A stretch of DNA of 64,000 nt from the NCBI GenBank assembly GCA_002269645.1, contig NIVC01004009.1, positions 1 to 64,000 on the forward strand, in the 5' to 3' direction. The number at the start of each line of letters is the position of its first letter. Positions within the stretch are counted from its first letter, which is position 1. A program made the position numbers and the translations under genes. Origin of the DNA: Macrostomum lignano. Taxonomy: Eukaryota. The notes under the pieces are model-generated. The model was given only the letters and a program-made list of their open reading frames with translations. It had not been told where the DNA came from and ran no database searches. Of this stretch, positions 25,490 to 38,725 are shown piece after piece.

Positions 25490-28347
25490 TTGAGGGACAG
25501 ATAAATATTCTAGCTTTTGGCTGCCGGCCAGGTGTGAAAGGAAAGGAGGGAAATAGAGTAGAGATTAGATGAGAAGATACGTGTGACAAGAGGAGATGAG
25601 AGATAGAGGGACAGTTGAGATGAAATGAGATATGAGATGAGAGAATTATAGAGAGGTGATGTAACCACGCTCTGGTCGCGGGATAGGGCATGGGAACTTT
25701 TTCGAAGGTGCCTCCTATCCCGCGTACCCCCCTGCACAGAGCTGTCGAGACTCGGCCAGGTCTCTGACCAGGCCTGGAGACTCCCGCTCTGCTGCACCCC
25801 CCTGCTGCCTTGGTTCCGTCTCCCCTGCCGCCACGCCTGCCTTTCCGGAGCTCCCTGTCCCTCTCTGTACCCTCCCCTCTACCTTATCTCCCCTGCGCCC
25901 CACCCTATTCTTCTTGCACTCTCCCTATTCCCCCCTCTTTTTGTCTCTCTCTGCACTATTTTCCTGCGCTGCCCCCTCTTTCTCTGCGTCTACTTACAGT
26001 ATTTTGTGTGCTCACCGATCTCCCATCCCTTCCCAAACTCCCAAACGGTGACGCAAGTCGTGTGACCCCTTCTTCCCCTCGATGACTCATCGATGACTCA
26101 TCCCCCCTCTTGCGCAACCTTTTCTCATGCCATTGTTCTCCTCCCCAAATTTCTCATGCGACACCCACCCCACCTCCGCTTCTATTGTTCTCGTTTTCGA
26201 TTCTTTTGTTCTTTTTACCCCCACCAATTATCACATTTTCTCCGATTTTCTCTTTCTTTTGTTCTCGTTTTCGCACCTAATTATCACATTTTCTCCAATG
26301 TTTACTTTTCCATTGTCCTCGATTCTCCCCAATTATCCCCGATTTCCAATTCCTTTGTTCTCGACCCCAGCCCTATTGTTCTCAATGTTTGCTTGCGCAA
26401 CACTTTCGCGACCACCCGCTGCGCCAATTCTCCCCCACCCCACCTCCGGATTGCGCAATTTCCCTATTTCTCATGTTGCTATGCCGGTCTCATGTTTCTC
26501 ATCATGACTCATTCTGACGTCATTCGGCCGGCAGCCAATCAGAGAGAGGGAGCCATGGAAACGACCTTGGAGCGGCGGCTGGGAAGGCTATAAAAGGAGG
26601 CGGTTTTCGGCATGAGAAGACTCAACTTTTGCCCACCTTCGGGCTCCTAGTCTTTCTTTAGACTTGCCGTCAGACTGAGTTCTGACCCATTCGTCTATAA
26701 GACGAATCCCTGCCGGTCCGCGGTCTGTTACCGCCAAGTTATCTTCAGCTCCCCGAGTGAGATCGCCTATTGGCCAGCGGTCTGATACCGCCCAGCATCA
26801 TCAGCTTCGCCTGATCTACACCAGCGCCTCGTCGCCTCAGCGCATCGCCGCTTCACTGTCTGCCAGACTGCAGCCTACAGCCGCCCTCGGTCACTCCGCC
26901 TCTCTCTCTCTCTCTGTGCAGCTGCCGGTAAGTTCCTATTACTGATTTGTGCTCTAATTGCCTTTGCTTATCCGGAGTTTGCCTATTTTTCCATTGTCTG
27001 ATTAGAGAGCTGAGCCAGTTGTAATACCGTACCTTTTGCTGTATTTTTACTTAATAGTGAAGCCGCCTAACTGCCTGATTACTTGCCTAAAAGCCTAATT
27101 ATTAGCTATTAACTAACCTCATCATTATTCACTCTTTCACCATCATTTCACTCATGGCTTGCTAAGCCTTTCTCCCGGGGTGGCAAAGCATAAGGAAGTT
27201 GGGTAAGCTAATGGCCTCTCCCCGTGCAAAGCCCGCCTGTGAGTGCGTGCTGCGGGGCCGCGTGTGTGTGCAGTAGAGGGATTAGCGAGTCTTGGCACAG
27301 AATGGCAGTAGGAAGGTTGCAACCCCATGCTGACGCGTCCCTTCGCCCTGAGCAATCTAAACTATAGACAGTATATGTTCGCCTCATACTACTCTTAGTA
27401 ATCAAAGTCGCAAGTCAGCCTCGCTCACAGCCACAAAGGATCCCCTGCTGAGAAATCCTCCAGATTGAGCCCAGAGTTCCCGATCATGCCACAAGCAGAG
27501 TCCCTGTGCTCGGCTGCATGTGTCTCCCCTGTTAGCCTAAATCTCCTGGTAACCATCCCAGGCGGGGCTCTAGCCTCGAGAGGTCTGGTAGAAAGATCCA
27601 GGTGCGCCAGGTCACATAGAGTGGTGGCAGCCACTCGGTCATACTATGACCGAGTGACCAACTATTGCACCTTGGCTACAGGTGGGGTCCATGTGGGTCC
27701 TTGGCCCTCTGGTCACAAAGCGCTACCAAAGCTATCAATCATGTGGGCGGGACAGTCTGGTGCTGGAGGTCCGTCAGGTCATTGCCCGGTCAAAGGCAGC
27801 CTACGGCCATTGCCCCCCTCTAGTCATGCGTTCGTCTCTCTACGGAGCGGACAGGCGACAAGAGCGGTTACATCAGAGGGAAGAAGAGGAAAGGGAGAGA
27901 AAGGGAAAAATCTTCTAACCCCAAAGAGCAGACGCGACAACGCAGATATTTAAGCGAGGAGGAAGTTCCTCAGGGAAAGGGGGGCCGTAGCCCAGCGGTA
28001 GCGCAGCTGCTCTGGTGTGCCAGCCACCCAGGCTCGATTCCAAGTGCAGCCACATTAATTTGGGGCTGAATTGGAATCTCGGCTTGGCTCTGCTCGTGCA
28101 ATTAACGGCCTTGAGAGCCAACCCCCCAAGGCGCAGAGAAGTATACATGCCTAACGATAATATAAAGTTAGGGCCGCTGTACACTCCTGTGTGAGTGTGT
28201 GCCTGCGTACGTATCCGCGCGCTTCTGTTCCTGCTCAGGGGAGTCGTCGGAATGGGCAGTAATGCCTCTCGCCGGTTGTGTGCCTATGTCGCTTAAAGTG
28301 CGCCAGTGTGCACACAACCCCCTGCCTCTAAAAAAAGTTCCTCAGGG
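25490..28347 (+). mobile_element. Unclassified non-coding LTR-like or retroelement-like segment
   Basis: Purine tract then TGTAACC at 25661; promoter cluster at 26500-26600; splice donor GTAAGT near 26928; 13-bp direct repeat AAGTTCCTCAGGG (27962 and 28335) bracketing a segment also found at 1715-2055. No recognisable ORF. Confidence 0.3.
26500..26600 (+). promoter_or_regulatory. Pol II promoter: AP-1, CRE, CCAAT, TATA
   Basis: TGACTCA, TGACGTCA, AGCCAATCAG and GCTATAAAAGG in canonical order within 100 bp; two further TGACTCA at 26083-26100. Confidence 0.55.
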
Positions 28348-28888
28348 CTAATAAGAAAGAAAAGAGAAGATGAGAGAGATGTGAGGGGAGAAGAGAAGAG
28401 AAAAGGAGAAAATAGAACTGAGAAGAGACACAGACCTTGAGCGGGCCGGATTGCTATGGTGAAGTTTCAAAGGACCCGAGGGCCGGATGGAGAGCCTGGA
28501 GTTTGGCGACCGCAGTTCTACGCAAACTACTGCTGACAAGTAGACGGTACCGGCTTGTTTCGCTCGTTTGCAGCAAATTGTTGCATTTGGACAAATGAAA
28601 CTACGAGCGTAATGACATGCATTCAATTGTCAAAAGGATGTAGTTGTTTATTTGTTCTTGAGAGCAAAGCTACATATAATATATATATAAGTAGGCAAAA
28701 TAAGAACGGGAACAGTAATTTTTACGTGAATATATTGTTAGAGTGACACGACACCATGTGCGAAAACTTTCTGTAGCCATTCGAAAATTTTGCAATAATC
28801 AGATTAACGTGATGTAAAATTCTGGCGTTTTAAAATTTATAAACGTTTTGCCGATTAAAACTTATGAAGCTTGGTACAATCTTTAGGG

Positions 28889-29385
28889 CTGTAGCCTACC
28901 TGAGTGTAGCCTACCTGAGTGTAGCCTACCTGAGTGTAGCCTACCTGAGTGTAGCCTACCTGAGTGTAGCCTACTTGAGTGTAGCCTACCTGAGTGTAGC
29001 CTACCTGAGTGTAGCCTACCTGAGTGTAGCCTACCTGAGTGTAGCCTACCTGAGTGTAGCCTACCTGAGTGTAGCCTACCTGAGTGTAGCCTACTTGAGT
29101 GTAGCCTACCTGAGTGTAGCCTACCTGAGTGTAGCCTACCTGAGTGTAGCCTACCTGAGTGTAGCCTACCTGAGTGTAGCCTACTTGAGTGTAGCCTACC
29201 TGAGTGTAGCCTACCTGAGTGTAGCCTACCTGAGTGTAGCCTACCTGAGTGTAGCCTACCTGAGTGTAGCCTACTTGAGTGTAGCCTACCTGAGTGTAGC
29301 CTACCTGAGTGTAGCCTACCTGAGTGTAGCCTACTTGAGTGTAGCCTACCTGAGTGTAGCCTACCTGAGTGTAGCCTACCTGAGT
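28889..29385. repeat. 15-bp minisatellite, about 33 copies
   Basis: Unit GTAGCCTAC(C/T)TGAGT. Confidence 0.97.
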
Positions 29386-30126
29386 ACAGATAAGGCAAAC
29401 ACTCAAAAAACAAAGAACTACAAATATTGACATGGCGATTAAATTCGCTTATCAGTGGTTCAATCAGCGCAACAAAATAACAAAAAATCTCCCAATTCTT
29501 CTAGTGTGGGGTCGGTCAGTCCTGATTCAGAAAGCGATGATTGGACATTTCCAAACGGGTCATTGCAAGAAAATGGCAATATGAGCGGGCTTCTAAATAG
29601 TGAGAAGTTTAGTAGAACTGAAAATATATAGTCCAATTAATGTACCAACTACTTATTCTAGAAGAAAAAAACATGCAATTAAGCATCGCAACAAACAGTT
29701 TACAGTAGTATATAAACATAGAGAGGCGTTATAAATATTGAGTAAGTAGGAGGAAACGGCCATTTCATGCAGGCATGCTACACCACCAACCTAAACCTTA
29801 AGCTGGTAGAGCGTGCACTAAAAATTTGTGGCTGGATAAAATTAGACTTGAGAATTATGGGGATCAGGATGCGATAAATCAGCGAATGCAGCACATCAGC
29901 TGAGCTGCGGGAAAAATAATACCAAATACTCAAACTCTTCATGGAGTACGATTGTAATATTTTGAGTTCATCCCTATTGGCCCAGAACTGATAAATAAGC
30001 AAGATTTAAGCAAGACAGAGCCAAACAGTCTGATATTAGCTCTAAATCAGTAAAATTTCTACTGCAGAAATCTCCCAGAGTGAGTGTCGTACTCCGGAAC
30101 CATCACCATTTTCAGCGTAAAGCAGC

Positions 30127-31042
30127 TCAGTTGAAAATCAGGCACTCAAACTTCTTCATCGAGTACGACAAAACAAGTGCGCTAGCAGATCCAGATGCAT
30201 GAAGAAAGTAATAGATTCCCTGTGTGTTAATATTGGGACACACTTGGTAGACTCCGTTCAGCTCCATGAATGCGCACACGCCGTACCACCACCCAGCGGA
30301 CCGGTGTTGTGCGCAGCTGTCTCCACTCCAGTTGTCATTGTCGGAGTCCGGAGTGCTGAACTGCCAGTTGTTTGGAGAGTAGTTCGTATCAGGAAGCTGT
30401 CCGACACTCGACCTGCTCGCGTCCAGAGGTCCCATCGAACACCTGTACTTGTCGCTCGCTGGGCCAACAGAGAACGGAGCATTCTCAGCCCAGTACCAGG
30501 TGCCGTTCCAGTCGCTGAACTCCCAGCGAACTCTCCACACTCCAGTGGCGGTGAGCTGGTGGAGCTGCTCCAGTCCCATCCAGTAGTTGAGACTCTCGCC
30601 CTGACCGAATCCGCTCGTGTAGTCCGCCCAGTTCCGGTTGAAGCTGTGCTGGAAGGTCGTCCAGCACTTCACCGGCTTCCTTATCTGCAATGGGCGATTT
30701 CATGCACGCATATTGAAGCGGTGCTGAAAAGTGCAGAAGCCGCAAAGCAAAGCCCAGATCACTCACCCACAGCTGAGGCAGGCTGGAGTCGCTGGCGTGG
30801 CGGCACTTCCTGCAGGCGTCCATCGCTCCCCGATCGCAGGCCAGCAGCGAGCAGGAGCCCGAGGCCGCGTCGAAGCGGACGGCATCCGCGTTCTCAGCAA
30901 CCGTTGTACAGTGAATGTCGCTGATGGCCAGCTTCACCGCCAGCACCCGGTACTCGGCGAGGTCGCCTCTGTGGATCTCCCAGCCGGAGTCTGCGGCAAC
31001 AGCAGTTGTCATGACAGCGCAGATGATTAGCAGAGAATGCAT
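30127..31042 (-). CDS. Secreted PAN/apple-like + fibrinogen C-terminal (FReD) protein, 2 exons (31042-30767, 30684-30127)
   Basis: Signal peptide MHSLLIICAVMTTAVAA; phase-0 intron GTGAGT..TTGCAG; FReD motifs FNRNWADYTSGFG, YWMGLEQLHQLT, FSTPDSDNDNWSGDSCA, GWWYGVC. Confidence 0.9.
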
Positions 31043-31383
31043 TGTGCCGTGAGACAGCAGTTGTTTGAGATTCCGCAGTTTTGCTCCGTGTGTTGGCATC
31101 CCCGGAGGCTGCGCTTTGATAACTCGAGTTTGGAGGTGACTGAGTTTTGTTTATTTACAACTGCTTGGCAACAATGAGCGCACAAGCGGATGAGGAAAGA
31201 GAATTGAGACGTCAATTTTTACTACTCAGTGTACAGTTAGCGGAACGGCTGGAGGACAAAAGCAGGAGACACAGCAATTGCAGACGATTATATTCGCTAA
31301 TGTAAGCAATTGGCTAATGAAGCGAGAAAAACTAGAAATTGTGATTACGAGTAATGGAGGCTAAAAGCAGAATAAAAAACGCA

Positions 31384-31724
31384 AGAATCGCCTTCTAATC
31401 GTCCTAAGAATCGCCCCAAATCGTCCTAAGAATCGCCCCTAAACCTTCCTAAGAATCGCCTTCTAATCGTCCTGAGAAGCTCCCTCAAATCGTCCTAAGA
31501 ATCGCCTTCTAATCGTCCTGAGAAGCTCCCTCAAATCGTCTTAAGAATCGCCTTCTAATCGTCCTGAGAAGCTCCCTCAAATCGTCCTAAGAATCGCCTT
31601 CTAATCGTCCTGAGAAGCTCCCTCAAATCGTCTTAAGAATCGCCTTCTAATCGTCCTGAGAAGCTCCCTCAAATCGTCCTAAGAATCGCCTTCTAATCGT
31701 CCTAAGAATCGCCTTTAAATCGTC

Positions 31725-31725
<1 letters not shown>
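31384..31725. repeat. 46-bp higher-order repeat of two alternating 23-mers
   Basis: AAGAATCGCCTTCTAATCGTCCT alternating with GAGAAGCTCCCTCAAATCGTC(C/T)T. Confidence 0.9.
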
Positions 31726-32640
<915 letters not shown>

Positions 32641-32726
32641 GAGAGAGAGGAACGCACATCCAATCCCAGGCGCTGACACGGTGAAAGGACTGATAAAAGT
32701 CAATTTACTTCGAAATAGTTAATGTT

Positions 32727-32762
32727 ACCGATATTTCGAGTAAGGTTACTCTTCGTCAGGGC
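32727..32762 (-). ncRNA. Minimal type I hammerhead ribozyme (Penelope-type)
   Basis: GCC-CUGACGA(A)-GAGUAA/CC/UUACUC-GAAA-UAUC-GGU: core, stem II, palindromic stem III (AUAU), AUC cleavage triplet, stem I GCC:GGU. Confidence 0.7.
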
Positions 32763-32913
32763 AGTACTCATATTCGAGTATAGTTTATTTGCGCGAATTG
32801 CTGTCAAAATATTTAAAGGCGATAACGTTGGGGAGGAAAATCGATAAAGAGAGAGGTAGAGAGAGAGAGAGAAGAGAGGTCACGGCGTGTTTACAAAATA
32901 ATTAATTTAGTAT

Positions 32914-32952
32914 GGGCTAACGGTTTCGAGCCTTTGGGCTCTTCGTCAGGCC
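32914..32952 (-). ncRNA. Minimal type I hammerhead ribozyme, second copy (stem III mismatch)
   Basis: GGC-CUGACGA(A)-GAGCC/CAAA/GGCUC-GAAA-CCGUUA-GCC; one substitution from palindromic CCGGUA. Confidence 0.55.
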
Positions 32953-33380
32953 AAAAATCAGTGTTTCATGCAGTGCAAGTTGGTCTTTTAAGTATTAGTT
33001 TTCTCAGTCTAATAAAATCGCTGAGCTGCTGTACATATGAGGGGTGTACATTTAAACTGGGTTCATTCTAGCTCTAACTTGTCCCAGAGGCTTTCAACCG
33101 GTCAGTTTAAGCGACGGTATATTTAGTATATTAAAAAATTGTTTTTTCGAAGTTACGATTAAATAAAATGCGGTATTGAGGGTGGGAGCATAAAAATCGA
33201 CATTTGTGCGTACAGTCAAGCAGTTTGAATAAAATACACGACAAAGTGAATAAATATTGTAGTTCTATAGGTAAAAAGAGCGCATTGGTTAAAACGATTC
33301 AATGGTTTCCTGGCTGGACGCTGGACGATCCGTTGGAAATAGACCCAGATCTCAACCTTCTTCCATTTCCGATTGAAAAC

Positions 33381-34487
33381 ATGGCGCGAAGGAATCCTGC
33401 CGTCCATCGAGACATTAAAGAGACAGTTGGGTCTTACACTATGGACAAAGATTTTGCGACCTTCATTGACCACTTTGATTTGGTATCAAGAGAATATGGA
33501 TTACAAAATCCAGAAAAGGCGCTACTCCTCCCTCCATTGCTACAAGGCACAGCCCGAGAAATTTATGGAAAATTAGATGCAGCTACACAACGAGATTACC
33601 ATGCCATGATCACCCAACTTCGAACACAGTTCGCACGATGCGGAACCAATCGATCGGTGTTGTTACATAAATTACATAACCGGAAAATGACACCCACGGA
33701 ATCATTCCTCACCTTTGTCGATGATATTCGACAAATCATCAAAGCCTTGCATCAACAGCAACCGCAACCAGCAGCAGCAGCTCAACCCCTTGGACCAGCA
33801 GAAGTGGCTGCTAGAGAAAGACAACGGCTTGCAGATCAAAAGCAAAGTCTAATTCTTAATGTCATTAACAATGCTCAACCTGCCTTGCGAGATAGACTCC
33901 TGCGAGAAACAATTGAGACAGAAGAACAGTTACTCCGCTGTGGAATGCAGTGGGAGGCAAGCGCACCTCTTCTGGCTAACCGCACTAGTGACACCGCACA
34001 ATTAGCAGAACAATTAAGCAAGCTTATGCAACAACACCAAGCCGCAGCAATTGCAATGCGCCCGCCACAAAGCAACCCTCGAAACGTTACTTGTCACAAT
34101 TGTGGAAGAGTAGGTCATTACTACAGAGATTGCCGCCAAAACTTGCGTCAGAATCAACCACGAAATTATTCCGGTGGAAACAGACGAGACAACTGGTCCC
34201 GCTATCCAAACCAACAATATCCATCAAACAGAAATCGGATGAATAATCGACCACCACCATGGCGGGATAACTTACAACCTTACAACTCACGCCGACCCGC
34301 TCCACCAAGGCAGCCAACGCAGGTGCATAGACAGTACACACAGGCCATTGAACCACAGGCCAGTGAACAACAGGCTATCGAACCAAAATTTTCGGTAGAA
34401 GAATTAACACCAGATTTCAGTATCAACGTACGTGATACTCTCTTTGAAGATACCGACTACATGTTACCATCTCCAACGGTGCAATAA
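33381..34487 (+). mobile_element. Ty3/Gypsy gag
   Basis: Retrotransposon-gag-like DFATFIDHFDLVSREY..LLQGTAREIY and CCHC knuckle CHNCGRVGHYYRDC; no 5' LTR recognised upstream. Confidence 0.85.
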
Positions 34488-36480
34488 TCCGAACCGGAAT
34501 ACGAGAATCTTGCTACAATTCTTAATGCTGAAAAACGGAAACGGACAAACAAAGGTGTGAACACTCAACCGTTCCACTTCTCACGTAACCGATTCACTCA
34601 AACAGAAGATAACACCTACGTTACGATGAATGTCGGAGAACTGCATCAACAGACTTCTTCTACGCCGACTCGACCAGAATTCATGGGTACCTTTCGAAGA
34701 CACCCTACAGCGTGTCACCCACCAGCGTATCAGGAACCTTTAACACCTGTACCCCACTCAAGAAAATGGTTCTTCCGTCCACAAGACATCACTCCATCTG
34801 AAGAACCAGAAAACGACTACGAGGAACTGGACGAAACCACGATCACAAGTCACTCCAACAAGAAAGGAGAACAAGAAGAAAGTATGCCGATGCCGAAGAA
34901 GAGCAAGAAGAGACACCCTCTAATGAAATGGCTATTTGCGATGATCCTTTTCGTCCTGCTACCACTGGTAACTTCAACTTCAGTACCAATGATTTGTCCT
35001 ACAGACGCTACCATCCAGCCGGTCATCTACAAAATTCCTACGGAAATCAAATGCAGTTATTTTAAGACGAATCAAACAAAGCCGCTACCGCTTACAATCG
35101 ACATCTACAAAGCGAATACAAAGAAGCATCGACAGATGGGAATTGTGTGCTTTAGAGACAAAGACGAACTCGAAAAGATTTGGTTGGTACAATGGAACCG
35201 AATCAGATATTGGCAAACATCGATGAAGGTATCACATGAAGAATGCCTCCAGTGGAACCAAACCCTGTTTTCCAAAGACGGTGAATTGAAGCTCCACGAC
35301 ACGTCAGCAAACGGAGCGCAACTATTCCGCACCAACAACGTAGCCGAAGGAAGATATGTGCACTACCACGCAGCACGATGGCCTCTGTATACTGTCTACA
35401 ACAGCTATCTGATTCGAAACGTCTTGTTCTACCACAATCCTTTCGAAAACATGGAATCCTTGCAACTACCGCTTGACCAATGCCACTACAGCTCAGGATA
35501 TTGTGCTACTCCTAACTACAACAAAGAGAAAGCTCAAAACTTACCGCTAGCTCCGAATTATTTCCATGACTATCGATACCAAATCGAGTACAGATCGGAT
35601 TCTCGATACAAGGAACCGAGTCGAACTCGCAAATATTTCATCGCATGGGAAGTCAAACTGAAATTGACTGCAAACTACAGAAATACCATACTGTTCAGGG
35701 AAAACTGCTATCTAACATCTTCCTTGCCGATTCTGGAGATCTAGCTCTTACCTTTCCAAAGCAACCAAGCTATACACAACTGAAATGCAAGGAAAACAAT
35801 GAACAACTAATTCTATCTGACCAAGAAATACCAATTGCACTGAAGGACATGGACAAGAATGTATTTTTGAAGGTGATAAATGGTACCTATCCAAGAGAAG
35901 AAACCTTGGAAAGACAAAAGCGAAACTTGCCCAAACCTTCGTTAGTATCAGCACGACTTCTGGCAGCAAAACTAGCCGCCATGGAACACACAAACTGCAC
36001 AAGCAACTGAACTATCTGCATCGCTCCATGGTCAAACTGACATGTCGAATGCACGAGACCAGTCTAAACTACGCGCGACAGAACTACTACGTCAACCCTA
36101 CGACCACCTTCAGGAAAATCACAGGAATTGAAGATGTCCTCGCCGTTCCGGTTTATGGATACTTGCTAATCTACAAGTGTACTCCGATCCATCACTTTAA
36201 CATCTTGTCATCAAACACGTCAACAACTTGCTACGACAAACCGCGGATTGAAGCCTTCTACAATGGAAAGCGAATTCGAGGATTTTTGGATACGGTCCAC
36301 AACATCATTGTCGGAACTGCCATCCCACGACCATGTACCAATTCGGCCAACTATTTCAACGTGAACGATCTACTACATCAAATTTCGCCAACAGGAGACA
36401 TCAAGAACATCTCGAAATCACAAGCCATTGTTGATGAAATTTACGAAATGTCGGATCTTCAACTGAAGTTTAATAGAACA
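34488..36480 (+). mobile_element. env-like glycoprotein, herpes-gB/chuvirus-type class III fusogen-like; C-terminal TM missing; frameshifted
   Basis: Internal signal peptide WLFAMILFVLLPLVTS; cysteine-rich ectodomain (CHYSSGYC); furin-type RQKR; NPTTTFRKITG..VYGYLLIYKCTPI and CYDKPRI..FL..IPRPC match the gB pattern NP..A...G..AV..C.PV / CY.RP.V...EPC. In frame with gag after a single TAA. Confidence 0.7.
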
Positions 36481-36484
36481 ACGA

Positions 36485-38427
36485 AATCCTCATCCCCACA
36501 GCACTGGTACTAATCAGCCGACAAAACGATTCCGGTACAAATCGTCAATCCTAACCAGCACCCAGTGAGAATCTACGCAGGAACCTGCATCGGACATCTC
36601 AGCACACAAGCGTCAGTGATGCTTATTCAATCAACATCGACAACATTGCCAAGGACACAATTCCTAGAACAAATCGATCTGTCACAAAGTCCAATCACCG
36701 AAAAACAAAAGAACCAAGTTAAAGATATTGTATGGAAGTACAACGATGTTTTCTGCCACCACGACTACGACATTGGACGAGCCAAAGACATCAAACAGAA
36801 GATCACACTGCTGCCGCACCAGGAACCGATTCAGTGCAAACCGTGTCCGATTGCAAAACATCTACAACAACACTTCGACGAGATCATCGAGAAAATGCTC
36901 AAAGCCGGTATCATCAAGAAGACAGTTTCAGCCTATTCCTCTCCATGCTTGCTTGTCGAGAAGAAGGACACAAACGAGAGAAGACTTGTCTGCGATTTTC
37001 GAGTCCTAAACAAGTATATCCCGACAGATCAACAAAGCCCACCCAAGATTTCGGAACTAATGGCGAGACTCAACACAGCGACACTCTTCACAGTCTTTGA
37101 TCTACGACATGGATTTTGGCAAATCGAACTAGAAGAAGAGTCTAAGCAATACACAGCCTTTAAGACGTACAATGGAGAAGTCTTCGCTTACCAAAGAAGT
37201 CCTATGGGAATTTCAAACTCACCTGCTACAATGAGCTGACTAACAGCCTACATGCTTGCTGGATGTACCAATCTACTCCACTATGTAGACGATATTCTTG
37301 CCTTCGGAGAAGACTTCGAACAACTACTCCAAACGATGGAACTCGCGTTATTCCTTCTCAGGCGACAAGGTCTCAAACTACAACCCACCAAGTGCAAGTT
37401 TTGCCGAAGCTCGGTACGATACTTGGGACACCACGTATCCGCAAAAGGAATCTCACCAGATCCAAGTAATGTGGAGAAAGTAAAGAAATTACCACGAACA
37501 ACCTCTATAACAAAATTGCAGTCCTTTCTTGGACTAGCACAGTATTTCCGAAAGTTTCTGCCAAACTTTGCCAAAACTGCCAAACCGCTATACGAACTGC
37601 TCAAACAACCAAAGTGGAAGGAAGAAAACTGGAAGGACGAACAACAAGAAAGCTTCGAAAAGATCAAACAGCAACTGACGACCGACGCCTTACTGCAACA
37701 TCCAAACTTCCAAAAACCCTTCATCATTGAAACCGACGCCTCAGGAAGTGGACTAGGCGCAGTTCTACTGCAAGAAACGGAAAGAAAAGTCGAAAAGCCC
37801 ATCGCCTACATCAGTCGAGCTCTACGACCAAACGAAACCAAATGGTCCGCCACAGAAAGAAAATTACTTGGAGTTCTGTTCGCACTACGACAGTTTCACT
37901 ACTACATCTACGGTTCTCCATTACCGACAATTTTCAGAACCGACCATGCACCGCTGACGCACGTTGTCCAGACGAAAGGACAGACTAACAACCGCCTCAT
38001 CCGAATGACACTCAAAATTCAGGATTACAACTTCCAACTAGCCTACAAACCGGGACCACTCAACAAAGCAGCAGACGCACTCTCCAGAGCTTACGAAGTC
38101 AACGCTATCCATCCGATTCCGAAAATGCAAGAACTGATTACAGCACAGCAAGACGACAACTTCTACAAAGCCGCACAAAACACCGACGACACCACGCAAG
38201 CCAAATTAACAGAACAAGAAAGAAAATTCCTTAAAAAACAGCGCGACAACCTAATCTTCAAAGAATCAATCCTTTATTGGATCTGTGACAATATTCCGCG
38301 AATCTATCTGCCATATTTGTTTCGACCCGCTATCTTGCAAGAATTGCACGACATGCCATTAGCCGGACACCTTTCCGCTAAGAAGACAATCGAACGAGTG
38401 ACAAAATTCTACTTTTGGCCGACAATG
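36485..38427 (+). mobile_element. Gypsy pol: RT-RNase H (protease absent)
   Basis: YSSPCLLVEKKD..RLVCDFRVLN, DLRHGFWQI, YVDDIL, FIIETDASGSGLGAVL, FRTDH, NKAADALSR; TGA at 37237. Confidence 0.95.
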
Positions 38428-38725
38428 GTTGGTTATTCGTAAGTGAGACTTTAGGTCGGAATATCTTTATTATGAACAACTGCACTTTCAACTATTGCAA
38501 TCTGTAATGGTCTTCGGCACTATGACAATTGCGCCATATTGATACTGCACAATTAACTTTCCATAGCGCTAATCTTTTGTTGTTGGTGTTTGCTGTTTTG
38601 TTCTAAAAATAGGCGTCCATTATCCCGAGTTTGAAATCATTATCCTGAAGTTTAAGTGAAAAAATAAATAAATGTGCTCATGGTTTAACCATAGACGATT
38701 GCATTATCCTAAAGGCTGATTTTAG
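38428..38725 (+). other. 298-bp insertion in pol with GT..AG ends and duplicated (G)ACAATG target
   Basis: ACAATG at 38422-38427 and 38726-38731; insert begins GTTGGT and ends TTTTAG; pol reads FWPTM / TKDISKYC across it. Confidence 0.75.

Noticed and set aside
28855-29433. Repetitive proteins (TQVGY)n / (VAYLS)n
   Set aside because: Stop-free frames of a 15-bp satellite, open on both strands.
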